Shown one piece after another: positions 39,702 to 50,795 of a DNA stretch of 64,000 bases. Origin of the DNA: Longimicrobiales bacterium. GTDB taxonomy: Bacteria; Gemmatimonadota; Gemmatimonadetes; Longimicrobiales; Gaopeijiaceae. The stretch covers positions 76,956-140,955 of the forward strand of contig CBDCKN010000017.1 in assembly GCA_965218295.1 (NCBI GenBank), written 5' to 3'. Position numbers and translations under genes: made by a program. Each line of letters starts with the position of its first letter. Position 1 is the stretch's first letter. The notes beneath the pieces are model-generated. The model saw only the letters and a program-made list of their open reading frames with translations. It had not been told where the DNA came from and did no database searches.

Positions 39702-40913
39702 GTGTCCCCGGTTCGGTCCGTGGCTATCCCCGCACTACTGGCGGCGGCTCTCTTGGGGCCGCCGAATCTCGCCGGCCAGGCTGGAGACATCCGCAGAGAG
39801 ATCCTCGAGAGCCAGCGCCGCCTCGAGGAGGTCCGGGCCGAGCGGGAACTCCTTCGGCAGGAGATGTCCAACCTGGAGGGTCGTGTCCGCGACGCGTCCG
39901 GCGAGCTCGCCAACATCGAGCGACAGCTCAGCGCCTCCCGGTCGGCCTTGGGCGAAGTCGACTTTCAGGTGAACGTCGTCGCCGACGAGATCGAGGGCAC
40001 GTCACGGGACCTGGTGGTCACCAGGGAACGGCTGCGGACTGGTGCCGCCGTGCTCAACCGCCGGCTCCGGGACATCTACAAGCGGGGCCCCCTCCATGAG
40101 GTGCGCGTCATGCTTGGAGCCGCATCCTTCCCGGACATGCTCACCCGGTATCGGTACCTGCGCCTTATCGCCTCGTACGATCGCACCCTGCTGGAGAGGG
40201 TTCAGGAGCTCGAGTCCGAGCTGGTCGTGGAGAACGACGATCTCCAGAGCCACATGTCCAACCTCGGCCGTCTGAGGCAGGCCAAGCAGGGAGAGGTCGC
40301 CTCGCTCCGCTCGGTGGAGGAGCGGCACAGGCGGGCGCTGGAGAACTACCGAGCCGAGGAACGGCGGGCGGGAAGCCGTCTGGAGGAGCTGGACAGTGAC
40401 GAGATTCGTCTCACGCGGCTGGTCACCGACCTGGAGGCCCGGCGCATCGAAGTTGAGCGCCGGGCGGCCCGCGGAGGCACCCCGTCCATCTCCTCCGAAG
40501 ACGCGGGCTCGCTGGACTGGCCGGTGGACGGCGAGCTGATCTATCGCTTCGGTCGAGAGCAGAGGCCGAACGGGATCGTCCTCAGATGGAACGGCATCGG
40601 GATCCAGGCCTCCACCGGCACGCCGGTGCGGGCCGTCCGATCCGGTACGGTCGTGCTGGCCGGGCCCTTCGAGGGGTACGGACCCACCGTGGTCCTGAGT
40701 CACGGTGAGGGCTTCTACACACTCTACCTCTACCTCGAGGACATCGGAGTAATCCAGGGGCGGCAGGTCGAGGCGGGTCAGGTCGTAGGGACGGTCGGGG
40801 GGTCCGATACGTCGGAAGGTCCACACGTCGAGTTCCAGGTCAGGGCGCCGGTGGACGGAGGGACCCCCCAGGCCAGGGATCCGCTCCAATGGCTTCGGCC
40901 CCGAGGAAGGTGA
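39702..40913 (+). CDS. envC: EnvC-like murein hydrolase activator (coiled coil + degenerate M23)
   Basis: Signal peptide, long coiled coil, LytM fold lacking metal ligands (WNGIGI, YLYL); follows ftsEX. Confidence 0.8.
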   Translation: MSPVRSVAIPALLAAALLGPPNLAGQAGDIRREILESQRRLEEVRAERELLRQEMSNLEGRVRDASGELANIERQLSASRSALGEVDFQVNVVADEIEGTSRDLVVTRERLRTGAAVLNRRLRDIYKRGPLHEVRVMLGAASFPDMLTRYRYLRLIASYDRTLLERVQELESELVVENDDLQSHMSNLGRLRQAKQGEVASLRSVEERHRRALENYRAEERRAGSRLEELDSDEIRLTRLVTDLEARRIEVERRAARGGTPSISSEDAGSLDWPVDGELIYRFGREQRPNGIVLRWNGIGIQASTGTPVRAVRSGTVVLAGPFEGYGPTVVLSHGEGFYTLYLYLEDIGVIQGRQVEAGQVVGTVGGSDTSEGPHVEFQVRAPVDGGTPQARDPLQWLRPRGR

Positions 40914-42058
40914 GCCTCCACCCCTTGGTCGGGCACGACGCTGTCCGCTCCTCGCTCGCCCTCGCCTGGCAGTGGGGCTCTCTTTCCGTCAGCCTGCTCA
41001 TCCGCGGGCCCAGAGGCGTCGGGAAGCAGCGACTGGCCCTGTGGCTGGGCCAGTTTCTCCTGTGCACGGATCCCACGCCGGACGGTCCCTGTGCCGCGTG
41101 TAAGGCGTGCCGGCTGTCCGTATCCTTGGAGCATCCGGATCTCCACTGGTACTTCCCGCTCCCGAAGCCGCAACGGGTCCGGCCGGACAAGCTCGGGGAC
41201 GCCATGGAAGAGGCCCGCCACCAGGCCCTGGCCGACCGCCGAGAGAACACGCTCAGACCGGCCGTGACAGCCGAGGAGCCGACGGGCCTCTACTTTGCTG
41301 TGGCCCAGCACCTGCGCTCGCAGGCTCAGAAGCGGCCGGCCATGGGTCCCAGGCAGGTCTTCGTCATCGGCGAAGCGGAGACCCTCGTGCCCCAAGAGTC
41401 CAGCCAGGCCGCAGCCAACGTGCTGCTGAAGCTCCTCGAGGAGCCACCCTCCAGCACGCTCCTCATCCTGACCTCCAGCGAGCCGGGTCGCCTCCTGGCC
41501 ACGATCCGCTCCAGGACCATGCCGCTTCACCTGCCTGGACTCCCGGACCATGAGGTTGAGGCGTTCCTCGTCGAGGTGGCCGGAGCGGACCCGGAGAGCG
41601 CGGGCCGGGCGGCGCTCTTGGGGAGAGGCTCCATAGGCCGCGCCCTGGGGTTTCTCCCTGCCGGTGACGACCCGGGGCCGCTGGAAGAGCTCCGACAGAA
41701 GGCCTTTCGTCTTTTGAAGGTGGCTTCCGCCCCGGATGCCGGTTCCATCTACAGGCAGTCTCTCGAATTCCAGCCCGTCCGTGGTCGCGGCCTGATACCG
41801 CTCCTCGATCTGTTGGAGGATGCCCTCAGGGACCTGTCCGCCACGGCCGCGGGAGCTCCCGAGAAGGTCATCAGCCTCGATACTGCAGAGTTCCTGGAAC
41901 GGACCCGGACCGAGTGGGATATCCATCCTGTCGCGGTCGCCGACGCCTTCGAGAGGTTGCAGGAAGCCAAGGAGCTGGCGGCGGGGAACGTCAACCCTCA
42001 ACTCGTGGTGGCGGGGCTCTTGACCGGGATCCGAGAGGCACTGAATGGCAGCGTCTGA
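40910..42058 (+). CDS. holB: DNA polymerase III subunit delta'
   Basis: [35 protein letters not shown]. Confidence 0.88.
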   Translation: MSLHPLVGHDAVRSSLALAWQWGSLSVSLLIRGPRGVGKQRLALWLGQFLLCTDPTPDGPCAACKACRLSVSLEHPDLHWYFPLPKPQRVRPDKLGDAMEEARHQALADRRENTLRPAVTAEEPTGLYFAVAQHLRSQAQKRPAMGPRQVFVIGEAETLVPQESSQAAANVLLKLLEEPPSSTLLILTSSEPGRLLATIRSRTMPLHLPGLPDHEVEAFLVEVAGADPESAGRAALLGRGSIGRALGFLPAGDDPGPLEELRQKAFRLLKVASAPDAGSIYRQSLEFQPVRGRGLIPLLDLLEDALRDLSATAAGAPEKVISLDTAEFLERTRTEWDIHPVAVADAFERLQEAKELAAGNVNPQLVVAGLLTGIREALNGSV

Positions 42059-42557
42059 TCAGGACGACATCCCGGGTAACGGAGGTCTGACCCACTTGGA
42101 CCCCAAAGGGCACGCCCGCATGGTGGACGTCTCAGAAAAGAACGTCTCCCAGCGCATCGCCGTGGCCGAAGGCCGTATCCGCATGTCGCCCGAGACCCTG
42201 GCCGCCATCGAGGCAGGCGACGTGAAGAAGGGCGACGTGCTCCAGGTGGCCCGCTTGGCCGCCATCTCGGCCGGAAAGCGCACCGGAGATCTCATTCCAC
42301 TCTGCCACGTCCTTCCGGGAGCCTCCTTCAGCATTGAGGTGGCGACGGATCCGGCCCTCCCGGGAGTCGTCGTGCGAGCCGAGGTGAAGGTCGCCGGGCA
42401 GACCGGAGTGGAGATGGAAGCCCTCACCGCTGTGACCGTAGGCCTGCTTACTGTGTACGACATGGCCAAGTCCCTGGATCGCGGCATGGTGATCGAGGGA
42501 GTCCGCCTCCTCCTGAAGGAGGGTGGGAAGTCCGGTCGGTGGTCCGCCGATGTTTAG
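42045..42557 (+). CDS. moaC: Cyclic pyranopterin monophosphate synthase
   Basis: [33 protein letters not shown]. Confidence 0.97.
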   Translation: MAASDQDDIPGNGGLTHLDPKGHARMVDVSEKNVSQRIAVAEGRIRMSPETLAAIEAGDVKKGDVLQVARLAAISAGKRTGDLIPLCHVLPGASFSIEVATDPALPGVVVRAEVKVAGQTGVEMEALTAVTVGLLTVYDMAKSLDRGMVIEGVRLLLKEGGKSGRWSADV

Positions 42558-42597
42558 ACGCCAGAAGGCAACTCGATTCACTCTCAGAGAAGCGTCC

Positions 42598-44181
42598 GTG
42601 AGACACCCATTCCCGGTTCTTTTCGTGATCCTCGAGGTCGGCGCCTGCGCCGGCGGCGGCGCCCACACCCAGCCCGCGGCGCCTCCAGCCCAACTGGAGG
42701 CCACGCGCCCCGGAGCCGACTACACGGGCTCCACTACCCGGGCGGCAGCAACCATCAGGGCGGACGAGATTCTCGAGCACATCGAGTTCCTCGCCAGCGA
42801 CGAGTTGGGGGGTCGCGACACTCCGAGCCCTGGCCTCGAGGCTGCGGCCGAATACCTGGCCGCGGAGCTCGAAAGCGCCGGCCTCGAGCCCGCCGGCGAC
42901 GACGGCACGTTCTTTCAGCGCTTCCCCTACACTCGCACCGCCATGGTCCCCGAGCGTAGGCGTCTAGGATACGAGAGTCCCTCCGGAGCGGAGGAGCTCG
43001 AGTTCGGACGAGACTACTACGTGATTCCCGGACAGCAGATCGCCGACGACACGGAGGCCGTCTTCGGCGGCCGGGCCGGGCAGCCGGCCGCCGACCTCGT
43101 ACAGGTGGCCCAGGGCAAGGTCCTCCTCTTCGCTACCGACGGGAATCCGGTGGTGGGCACGGGCGAGGCACTCATGAACGCGTTCCAGGCTGCCGCGCAG
43201 GGAGGAGCCTCCGCGGTGGTCCTCCTTCTGGACGACACGAACACTCCCGACAGCATCCTCGACCTGGCCAGCGGGATCCAGGGCGCCGGATTGGCCACCC
43301 CACTTCCCGTCGTCGGCCTGTCCCCCGAGAGATCCCGTGAGCTATTCGCGGCTGCCGGCCTGGACCTGCCGTCCCTGCGCGAGTCCCCTCCGGAGAGCGC
43401 CATCACCCTGGACGGGGTCACCATGACGGTGGCAGCACCCTTCGAGATATCGGAGCACACTCCCCCCAACGTAGTAGCCATGTTCACGGGAAGTGACCCC
43501 GTCCTCCGGAACGAGTACATCGTCTACAGCGCCCACTTCGACCACGTGGGCATCGGGATGCCCAACGAAGCCGGGGACTCCATCTACAACGGGGCCGACG
43601 ACGACGCGTCCGGCACCTCGGTGCTCCTTGAGACCGCGGCCGCGTTTGCGGCCATGGATGTGATCCCGGCACGCTCCGTGATCTTCCTTGCCGTGAGTGG
43701 AGAGGAGAAGGGGCTCCTCGGATCGAAGTACTTCTCCGAGAATCCCACGGTGCCCATCGGCGACATCATCATGAACATCAACATGGACATGGTGGGCAGA
43801 AACTATCCCGACACAGTCATCGCCGTGGGCCGACAGTACACCAATCTCGGCGCCCTTACGGACCGTATCCTCCAGGAGCACCCCGAGCTCGGGTTCACGG
43901 TCATCGAGGATCCGAAGCCCGAAGAACAGGCCTTCTTCCGGAGCGATCACCTCCAGTTCGTCAACAAGGACATCCCCGCGATCTTCTTCACCACGTGGGA
44001 CCACGAGGACTACCACAAGCCCTCCGACGAAGCACATCTCATCGACTCGGAGAAGACGGCGCGCATCGCGAAAATGGTGTTCTACCTGGGCGCGCGCATC
44101 GCCGGTGGGGACGAGGATCCGGAGTGGACGGAGGACGGCCTGGCCGAGGTCCAACGGATCATCGCCGAGAGCGGGAATTGA
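42598..44181 (+). CDS. M28 family peptidase with PA domain
   Basis: SAHFDH, NGADDDASG, GEEKGLLGS, NMDMVGR, RSDH, YHKPSD. Confidence 0.92.
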   Translation: MRHPFPVLFVILEVGACAGGGAHTQPAAPPAQLEATRPGADYTGSTTRAAATIRADEILEHIEFLASDELGGRDTPSPGLEAAAEYLAAELESAGLEPAGDDGTFFQRFPYTRTAMVPERRRLGYESPSGAEELEFGRDYYVIPGQQIADDTEAVFGGRAGQPAADLVQVAQGKVLLFATDGNPVVGTGEALMNAFQAAAQGGASAVVLLLDDTNTPDSILDLASGIQGAGLATPLPVVGLSPERSRELFAAAGLDLPSLRESPPESAITLDGVTMTVAAPFEISEHTPPNVVAMFTGSDPVLRNEYIVYSAHFDHVGIGMPNEAGDSIYNGADDDASGTSVLLETAAAFAAMDVIPARSVIFLAVSGEEKGLLGSKYFSENPTVPIGDIIMNINMDMVGRNYPDTVIAVGRQYTNLGALTDRILQEHPELGFTVIEDPKPEEQAFFRSDHLQFVNKDIPAIFFTTWDHEDYHKPSDEAHLIDSEKTARIAKMVFYLGARIAGGDEDPEWTEDGLAEVQRIIAESGN

Positions 44182-44278
44182 TGGCGGCCAAAACCCGTTC
44201 CGAGACCGGAGAGGGCCCTGGACCCAGCAGGAGCCGGGCCAGTATGTCGTGTACTCGCATCGGTAAGTGCGGCGGCCT

Positions 44279-45736
44279 TTACATGTAGTAGTTCGGGGCT
44301 TCCCGAGTGATGGTGACATCGTGGGGGTGCGATTCCCGGAGCCCGCCGGGGGTCACGCATACGAACGTGGCCTTCTCTCTCAGCTCCTCGAGGCTCGCCG
44401 CCCCACAATAGCCCATTCCGCTCTGGAGTCCCCCCACGAGCTGGAAGACCGTGTCGGACATAGGGCCCTTGTAAGGCACCCGGGCCTCGATGCCCTCGGG
44501 AACCAGCTTCTGCCCCTCCGTCTCCGGATCCTGGAAATAGCGGTCCGCCGATCCCTCCTGCATCGCGGAAAGCGAGCCCATGCCTCGGACGGTCTTGAAG
44601 CGCCGGCCCTCCATGAGGAAGCTCTCGCCCGGCGATTCCTCGGTCCCGGCGAACATGGACCCCATCATCACCGACTCGGCTCCTGCAGCCAGCGCCTTGA
44701 CCATGTCACCGGAGTAGCGGATACCGCCGTCGGCGATAATCGGAATCTCACCCTGAACGCCCTCGACGGCGTCCATGATGGCGGTGAGCTGCGGCAGCCC
44801 CACCCCGGTGACTACCCGAGTCGTACAGATCGATCCCGGGCCGACTCCGACCTTGATGGCGTCCGCGCCCCTTTCCAGAAGAGCGGCGGCTCCCTCGGTC
44901 GTCCCGACATTGCCCGCCACGATCTGTGCGTCGGGGAACCTCTCCCGGGTACGAGCCACAGCCTGGAGCACGCCCTCCGAGTGGCCATGGGCGGTATCGA
45001 CCACCAGCACGTCGACGCCGGCCGCCACGAGCTCCGCCGCACGGTCCAGGTCCCTGTGGGATGCGCCGATGGCTGCCCCGACGCGGAGACGCCCGTGCTC
45101 GTCCTTGCAGGCGTCCGGGAACAGCCGCCGCTTGAAGATGTCCTTCACGGTGATCAACCCCTTGAGGACCCCATCCGCGTCGACCACCGGGAGCTTCTCG
45201 ATGCGATGCTCGTGAAGGACCCGCTCCGCGTCCTCGAGGGTCGTGCCTTCTGGAGCCGTCACCAGCCCATCCACCGTCATGACCTCACGGATCGTGCGAT
45301 CCAGGTCGGTTTCGAACTGCAGGTCGCGGTTGGTGACGATCCCGATCAGGCGACCCCCGTCCTCGATGATGGGCACTCCCGAGATGGAGAAGCGAGCCAT
45401 GAGCCCGCGGGCGTCGCGCAGCGTCTTCTCTGGAGGCAGCGTGATGGGATCCAGGATCATGCCGCTCTCGGAGCGCTTGACCCGGTCGACCTCCTCGGCC
45501 TGGCGGTCGATGGACAGGTTCTTATGGATGACCCCGAGCCCCCCCTGCCGAGCGATGGCGATGGCCATGCCCGACTCCGTCACCGTATCCATGGCAGCCG
45601 TGAGGAGTGGGATGTGGAGCTCGATCTGCTTCGTCAGGGAAGACTTGACCGAGGTGTCCTTCGGGTGCACGGTCGAATGCCCGGGCACCAGGAGCACGTC
45701 ATCGAACGTCAGGGATTCCTTGACTATCACCGCCAT
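44279..45736 (-). CDS. guaB: IMP dehydrogenase
   Basis: [11 protein letters not shown] pair, [26 protein letters not shown]. Confidence 0.99.
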   Translation of the reverse strand: MAVIVKESLTFDDVLLVPGHSTVHPKDTSVKSSLTKQIELHIPLLTAAMDTVTESGMAIAIARQGGLGVIHKNLSIDRQAEEVDRVKRSESGMILDPITLPPEKTLRDARGLMARFSISGVPIIEDGGRLIGIVTNRDLQFETDLDRTIREVMTVDGLVTAPEGTTLEDAERVLHEHRIEKLPVVDADGVLKGLITVKDIFKRRLFPDACKDEHGRLRVGAAIGASHRDLDRAAELVAAGVDVLVVDTAHGHSEGVLQAVARTRERFPDAQIVAGNVGTTEGAAALLERGADAIKVGVGPGSICTTRVVTGVGLPQLTAIMDAVEGVQGEIPIIADGGIRYSGDMVKALAAGAESVMMGSMFAGTEESPGESFLMEGRRFKTVRGMGSLSAMQEGSADRYFQDPETEGQKLVPEGIEARVPYKGPMSDTVFQLVGGLQSGMGYCGAASLEELREKATFVCVTPGGLRESHPHDVTITREAPNYYM

Positions 45737-45859
45737 GAGGCCATTCCGATCACCCATAAACGAGACGCCCGCCCACCCAGAATCTCCGGCTGAGACCCTC
45801 GGCGAACAGGCGCTTTATTGGTCACCATGGAAGATCTTACCTGAAGGCGTCTCGGGGTG

Positions 45860-46249
45860 TCAACCCTCCTCTTCCGGAGGGTCGCTGGACTCTCCGCCCT
45901 CGTCGTTTTTCGATTCATCGAGGCTCGGGACGTCGGGCAGGGAGGGCTCTCCGAGGGACGGCGTCAACTCCTCCATGAGCTGCTTGCCGGCCGATGACAC
46001 GGTGGAGAGGACACGGTCGGCAGCGGAGATGAGCTGAAAGGCCTCCCGTAGCGTCGCGGGACTCATGGCCTTCTTCCGGAGCTTGTCCTCCATGGCCTCC
46101 GCGAATCTCTGGAGACCCGACGCTTCCTGGGCGATGTCGGTGGCGTACTTGCTCTCGAGGAACTCGATGTAGTCGAGGATCTGATAGACCTGCTCCTCGG
46201 GCAGGCTCTCGATCTTTCGCATGAGGCGCTGCCGGAGTACGTCGTGCAT
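45860..46249 (-). CDS. DUF2281-like hypothetical protein
   Basis: IESLPEEQVYQILDYIEFLESKY N-terminal pattern. Confidence 0.6.
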   Translation of the reverse strand: MHDVLRQRLMRKIESLPEEQVYQILDYIEFLESKYATDIAQEASGLQRFAEAMEDKLRKKAMSPATLREAFQLISAADRVLSTVSSAGKQLMEELTPSLGEPSLPDVPSLDESKNDEGGESSDPPEEEG

Positions 46250-46410
46250 GACCGTTATTCCCGAGTTGGTTGCAGGTCCCGGTGAAAAGGGGCTTCGAGC
46301 AAGTTAACACAGGCCCCGGGGAGGAAGCGACGGCTTTGCAGGGCCGATCGAGGCCAATATCGTGCACCCCCGTTCCGGAACTCCCCCATCCCTACGGGGC
46401 TAGAGGCCGC

Positions 46411-47235
46411 ATGGTTTTTCTCCCCAACCGCAAAGTCGACATCGATGCCCACGCGAGTCGTCTCTACGACGCCTGGCTCGGATCCATCGAGGAGCGCCTA
46501 GAAGACCCCTCCTGCGATCGCTACGAGCTTTGCCGGACGGTCCTGACGGAGATCCATTACCCGGATCTGGCCGGTGTCGATCCCGAGACCCTTCCCCCTT
46601 CGACTCAAGTCCTTCTGGCGCAGATGGACGCCCGGAGCGTCACCCTGGAGCCCGAGTACTACGCCGAGACCGACCTGGAGCGCTACGCTCGGGTGAAGCC
46701 CCTCATCTGGCTCTGGGAGGGGTTCGACAGGAGCGCCCTGGGCGAGAACGTCTACCTGGGGGTCAAGTTCCGGAGGATCCTCGCGCAGCGCATCTTCCGG
46801 AGCTGCGGAAGGAACTTCAAGGCCTTTCACCACGTGAAGCTCTCCTTCGGCTACAACCTCGAAGTGGGAGACGGCGTCGTGGTACACCGCCACGTGCTCC
46901 TGGACGACCGGGGCGGAATCCGGCTCGGGAATGGCGCCTCCGTCTCGGACTTCGCCAACATCTACAGCCACTCCCACGACGTGGTGGAGGTCAGGGACAT
47001 CACCACTCCCGTGACCGTCATCGGGGATGGCGTCCGGATCACCTACCACGCCACCGTGATGTCGGGGGTCCATCTCGCCGACGGCACCATGCTCGGGTCG
47101 TTCGGGATGGCCACCCGGGACACGGACCCCCACACCATCTACGCGGGGATCCCGGCAAAGAAGATCAATGACAAGCCGGTTCGCGAGCGGCCGCCAGCCA
47201 CGCCCGATCCCCTTGCCGACGATCCGGACGAGTAG
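46411..47235 (+). CDS. Hexapeptide-repeat (left-handed beta-helix) acyltransferase
   Basis: LEVGDGVVV, IRLGNGASV, VIGDGVRI, YAGIPAK. Confidence 0.85.
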   Translation: MVFLPNRKVDIDAHASRLYDAWLGSIEERLEDPSCDRYELCRTVLTEIHYPDLAGVDPETLPPSTQVLLAQMDARSVTLEPEYYAETDLERYARVKPLIWLWEGFDRSALGENVYLGVKFRRILAQRIFRSCGRNFKAFHHVKLSFGYNLEVGDGVVVHRHVLLDDRGGIRLGNGASVSDFANIYSHSHDVVEVRDITTPVTVIGDGVRITYHATVMSGVHLADGTMLGSFGMATRDTDPHTIYAGIPAKKINDKPVRERPPATPDPLADDPDE

Positions 47236-47322
47236 GCAATCCCCCGCGGAGGTCGCGAGGCCAGCCGGGGATGACCTCGGAACGGGTACCGGCGACTCCG
47301 GATTCTGACGAGTCCCGAAGGC

Positions 47323-49281
47323 TTATCCCTCTTCGGCCTCGTACTGCTTCTGCAGCCGCTCCACAACCGCCGGTTCGGCCAACGTCGTGGTGTCGCCCAG
47401 AGCATGGCCTTCTGCCACGTCCTTCAGCAGACGTCGCATGATCTTGCCTGATCTGGTCTTGGGCAGGTCCGCGGTGAAGACGATGATCTCGGGACGGGCG
47501 ATGGCCCCGATCTTCTCGACTACGTGGCCCTTCAGCTCGCCTTCGAGCTCGTCGCTGCCGTTAAGGCCCTGCTTGAGCGTCACGAAGGCGGCGATGGCCT
47601 GACCCTTCACGTCGTGCGACTTGCCGACGACGGCCGCTTCGACCACGGCCTCGTGGTCGACGAGCGCGCTCTCCACCTCCATAGTCCCGATTCGATGGCC
47701 GGCCACGTTGAGCACGTCGTCCACGCGGCCCAGAATCCAGAGGTATCCGTCGTCGTCGAGCTTGGCGCCGTCGCCGGGGAAGTAGATCCCGTCCCACTTG
47801 GACCAGTACGTCGCGCGGTACCGCTCCTCGTCACCGTAGATGGTGCGCAGCATGGCGGGCCATGGCTCCGTGATGGCGAGGAAGCCGGCCTTCACCTCGT
47901 TGCCGTCATCGTCGAGAATGGTGGCCGAGATGCCGGGGAAGGGCTCGGTGGCGCTGCCCGGGCGGGTCTCGGTCACAGCGGGGAGGGGTGTAATCATGAT
48001 GGCCCCCGTCTCGGTCTGCCACCACGTGTCGACGATGGGGCACTGCTCGCCTCCGATCACCTCGCGATACCACATCCAGGCTTCGGGGTTGATGGGCTCC
48101 CCCACAGTCCCCAGGAGCCTCAGCTTGGACAGGTCGTGCTTTGCCGGCCACTCGTCACCCCACTTCATGAAGGCGCGGATGGCCGTGGGTGCCGTGTAGA
48201 AGACCGTGACTCCGTACTTGGCACACAGCTCCCAGAATCGGTCGTTCTCCGGCCAGTTGGGGGCCCCTTCGTACATGAGGGCCGTAGCGCCGTTCGCCAG
48301 TGGCCCGTAGACGATGTAGCTGTGCCCCGTGACCCAGCCCACGTCGGCCGTGCACCAGTAGACGTCGTCCTCCCTGAGATCGAAGACGCACTTGGTCGTG
48401 GCGTACACTTGCGTGAGGTAGCCACCCGTGGTGTGGACCACACCCTTCGGCTTGCCGGTGGTCCCCGACGTATACAGGATGTAGAGCAGGTCCTCCGCAT
48501 CCATGATCTCGGGCGGACAGTTGGCGCCGGCATCGGCGACGAGCTCGTGATACCAGTGGTCCCGGCCCTCTTCCATATGCGCGTCGACCTCGGCGGTGAG
48601 TCCTGCGCCACGGGCCACGACCACCACGCTCTCAATGGTCGGGCACGACTCGACGGCCTTGTCGGAGTTGACCTTGAGGGGCACGATCCCACCTCGTCGG
48701 TAGCCTCCGTCGGCGGTGATGAGCACCTTCGCCTCGGCGTCGTTGATCCGGTCTGCCAGGGACTCCGGGCTGAAGCCGCCAAAGACCACCGAATGGGGGG
48801 CTCCGATCCGCGAGCACGCCAGCATGGCGATGGCCGCCTCCGGGATCATGGGCAGGTAGATGGCCACCCGATCGCCCTTCCCAACCCCCAGGCCCTTCAG
48901 AGCGTTGGCGAACTGGCACACCTCCCGGTGCAGGCTCCAGTAGGTGTAGACTCGGGTGTCGCCGGGTTCTCCCTCCCAGATCAGGGCCGCCTTGTTACGA
49001 CGAGGGCCGTCCAGGTGGCGGTCCAGACAGTTATGGGAGACGTTGAGCTTTCCGCCCACGAACCACTTCGCGTGGGGCGGATCCCATTCGAGAACCGTGT
49101 GCCACTTCTCGAACCAATCCAACTCCTCCGCCCAGGACTCCCAGAACGCCTGACGATCGTCGGCGGCCTGATCGTAGGGTCGTCGATCCTCCACGACCGC
49201 CCCTCCCTTGAAGTGCTTCGGTGGGGGAAAGCGACGTTCTTCCGTCAGGAGTACATCGAGAATTCCGCCTTCGGCACTCAT
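47323..49281 (-). CDS. acs: Acetate--CoA ligase (acetyl-CoA synthetase)
   Basis: [36 protein letters not shown]. Confidence 0.98.
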   Translation of the reverse strand: MSAEGGILDVLLTEERRFPPPKHFKGGAVVEDRRPYDQAADDRQAFWESWAEELDWFEKWHTVLEWDPPHAKWFVGGKLNVSHNCLDRHLDGPRRNKAALIWEGEPGDTRVYTYWSLHREVCQFANALKGLGVGKGDRVAIYLPMIPEAAIAMLACSRIGAPHSVVFGGFSPESLADRINDAEAKVLITADGGYRRGGIVPLKVNSDKAVESCPTIESVVVVARGAGLTAEVDAHMEEGRDHWYHELVADAGANCPPEIMDAEDLLYILYTSGTTGKPKGVVHTTGGYLTQVYATTKCVFDLREDDVYWCTADVGWVTGHSYIVYGPLANGATALMYEGAPNWPENDRFWELCAKYGVTVFYTAPTAIRAFMKWGDEWPAKHDLSKLRLLGTVGEPINPEAWMWYREVIGGEQCPIVDTWWQTETGAIMITPLPAVTETRPGSATEPFPGISATILDDDGNEVKAGFLAITEPWPAMLRTIYGDEERYRATYWSKWDGIYFPGDGAKLDDDGYLWILGRVDDVLNVAGHRIGTMEVESALVDHEAVVEAAVVGKSHDVKGQAIAAFVTLKQGLNGSDELEGELKGHVVEKIGAIARPEIIVFTADLPKTRSGKIMRRLLKDVAEGHALGDTTTLAEPAVVERLQKQYEAEEG

Positions 49282-49418
49282 TCAGCTACCTCCAAGCGTA
49301 GGGACGATTCGATCGGCGTGTCGGATCCGGGGCGGCAGGGAAAAGGTCCGACCGGCGTCGGAGCGTGAGATTAGGGGAGTGTTGTAGAGTCGGGCAAGCG
49401 TTCCGCGGACGTGTTCGG

Positions 49419-49979
49419 CTAGCCACCGCCGTCGTGAAGCAGCCTGAATTCCTCTCGAGCCATGGCCCGTTCGAACGCCGCCACGGCGGCGGACGCCAGA
49501 GCCGAGACGGCATTCGCCCCGGCCCTCATTGCCTTGGCGGGAATTCGGAGCTTGAGGCGAACCTCACTCTCGGCCTGGTCGGGATCCTGGTCCGGTCCGT
49601 TGAGGCGAAGGCGAACGGTGAGGGGGGTCCGATACCCTTCGGGCATGCACTCCTCAGTCATGCGGGCGAGAGAGGTCAGGAGTTCCTTCATGGGCCCGAG
49701 GCTGGCCAGCTCCGGGCCTTCCACGACCAGTGCCAGATTGCCCTTCAGACCCTTCGAGGTCTCGTCCAGGAACACATCGATGCTCACGAAATCGGGGGCT
49801 CGCTCGTTGTGGAAGAAGAGGTAGGCGCTCCTTGAGGTCTCCCCTTCCCACCGTCCCTCGAACTGGTGACTCGTCGTCTTCTGTAGACCCGACAGTTCCC
49901 AGCCTGCCCTCGATACCCCATCCTGAACGGCTTCGATGAGCGGCTCCAGGGTCAGAAGTGGCTCACTCGTCGTCGTCAT
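49419..49979 (-). CDS. Hypothetical protein
   Basis: 186-aa ORF with protein-like composition filling the gap between acs and fur. Confidence 0.7.
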   Translation of the reverse strand: MTTTSEPLLTLEPLIEAVQDGVSRAGWELSGLQKTTSHQFEGRWEGETSRSAYLFFHNERAPDFVSIDVFLDETSKGLKGNLALVVEGPELASLGPMKELLTSLARMTEECMPEGYRTPLTVRLRLNGPDQDPDQAESEVRLKLRIPAKAMRAGANAVSALASAAVAAFERAMAREEFRLLHDGGG

Positions 49980-50014
49980 GGATCAACACCGAGGTTCAAG
50001 GGTATGGCGGCAAC

Positions 50015-50485
50015 ATGTCCAGAGCATCCAAGTTCAGCGACCAGATCCTCCGTGAGGCACTCGAGGCACGGGGGCATCGCTTCACCGATCAGCGCGCGGC
50101 GGTCTATCGGCTTCTCGCTCATACCACCGTCCACCCCACGGCGGACGAAGTGTTTCTCGGCGTGAGGGACGAGGTGCCCGGAATCTCGCTGGCCACCGTG
50201 TACAAGAGCCTCGAGACTCTCGTGTCGTGCGATCTCACCAGCAAGCTCAGTCATGCCGACGGGTCGGCTCGCTACGACGGGAGGACCGATCCTCACCACC
50301 ATGCCAGGTGTCTCGCCTGTGGATCCGTGTTCGACGTCCCGGGCCAGCTCCGTGACTCCGAGCTCTCCCACGTCCGGTCGGAGGCCAATGGCTTCCACGT
50401 CACCGGGTATCAGCTGGAGCTCACGGGATACTGCCCGGAGTGCGCTCAGAAGATAGATGGCGAGGCGGCCGCCGCCGTCGGCTGA
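50015..50485 (+). CDS. Fur family transcriptional repressor (PerR-like)
   Basis: TDQR, HPTADEV, SLATVYKSL, HHHARCLAC, GYCPEC. Confidence 0.93.
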   Translation: MSRASKFSDQILREALEARGHRFTDQRAAVYRLLAHTTVHPTADEVFLGVRDEVPGISLATVYKSLETLVSCDLTSKLSHADGSARYDGRTDPHHHARCLACGSVFDVPGQLRDSELSHVRSEANGFHVTGYQLELTGYCPECAQKIDGEAAAAVG

Positions 50486-50795
50486 AGATATTACCCTGGG
50501 CGTGCTCGCTCGGCTCCCAGCCCTCAGGGGTGAGATTCTCCTGGACGATCTTTCCCTCGCCCCCTACGGCACCGCATCCGGACCCGTAAGCATCTCGCCG
50601 AACGCTGAACAAGGAGACGGGCGCATTCGGGCACCGCTTCTCGAGCGGATCTGGAGGCCCTCCCTGACTGGAGCCTTTCGTGGGATCAAGGACTCTCTCG
50701 ATCCTACAGGCATTCTCAATCCCGGTGTGATCCTGCCACTTCCCGGCCAGGACCCACTGGAGGGGTTGTGGCCCCGGTACGGCGGGGCGTCGTGA
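50457..50795 (+). pseudogene. Internally deleted FAD-linked oxidase (GlcD-like) remnant
   Basis: N-terminal-like DDLSLAPYGTASG..ISP is joined directly to the C-terminal motifs AEQGDGRIR and IKDSLDPTGILNPG. Confidence 0.65.

Noticed and set aside
45860..46249. DUF2281-like gene as part of a toxin-antitoxin pair
   Set aside because: No adjacent toxin-like ORF; its neighbours are guaB and an acyltransferase
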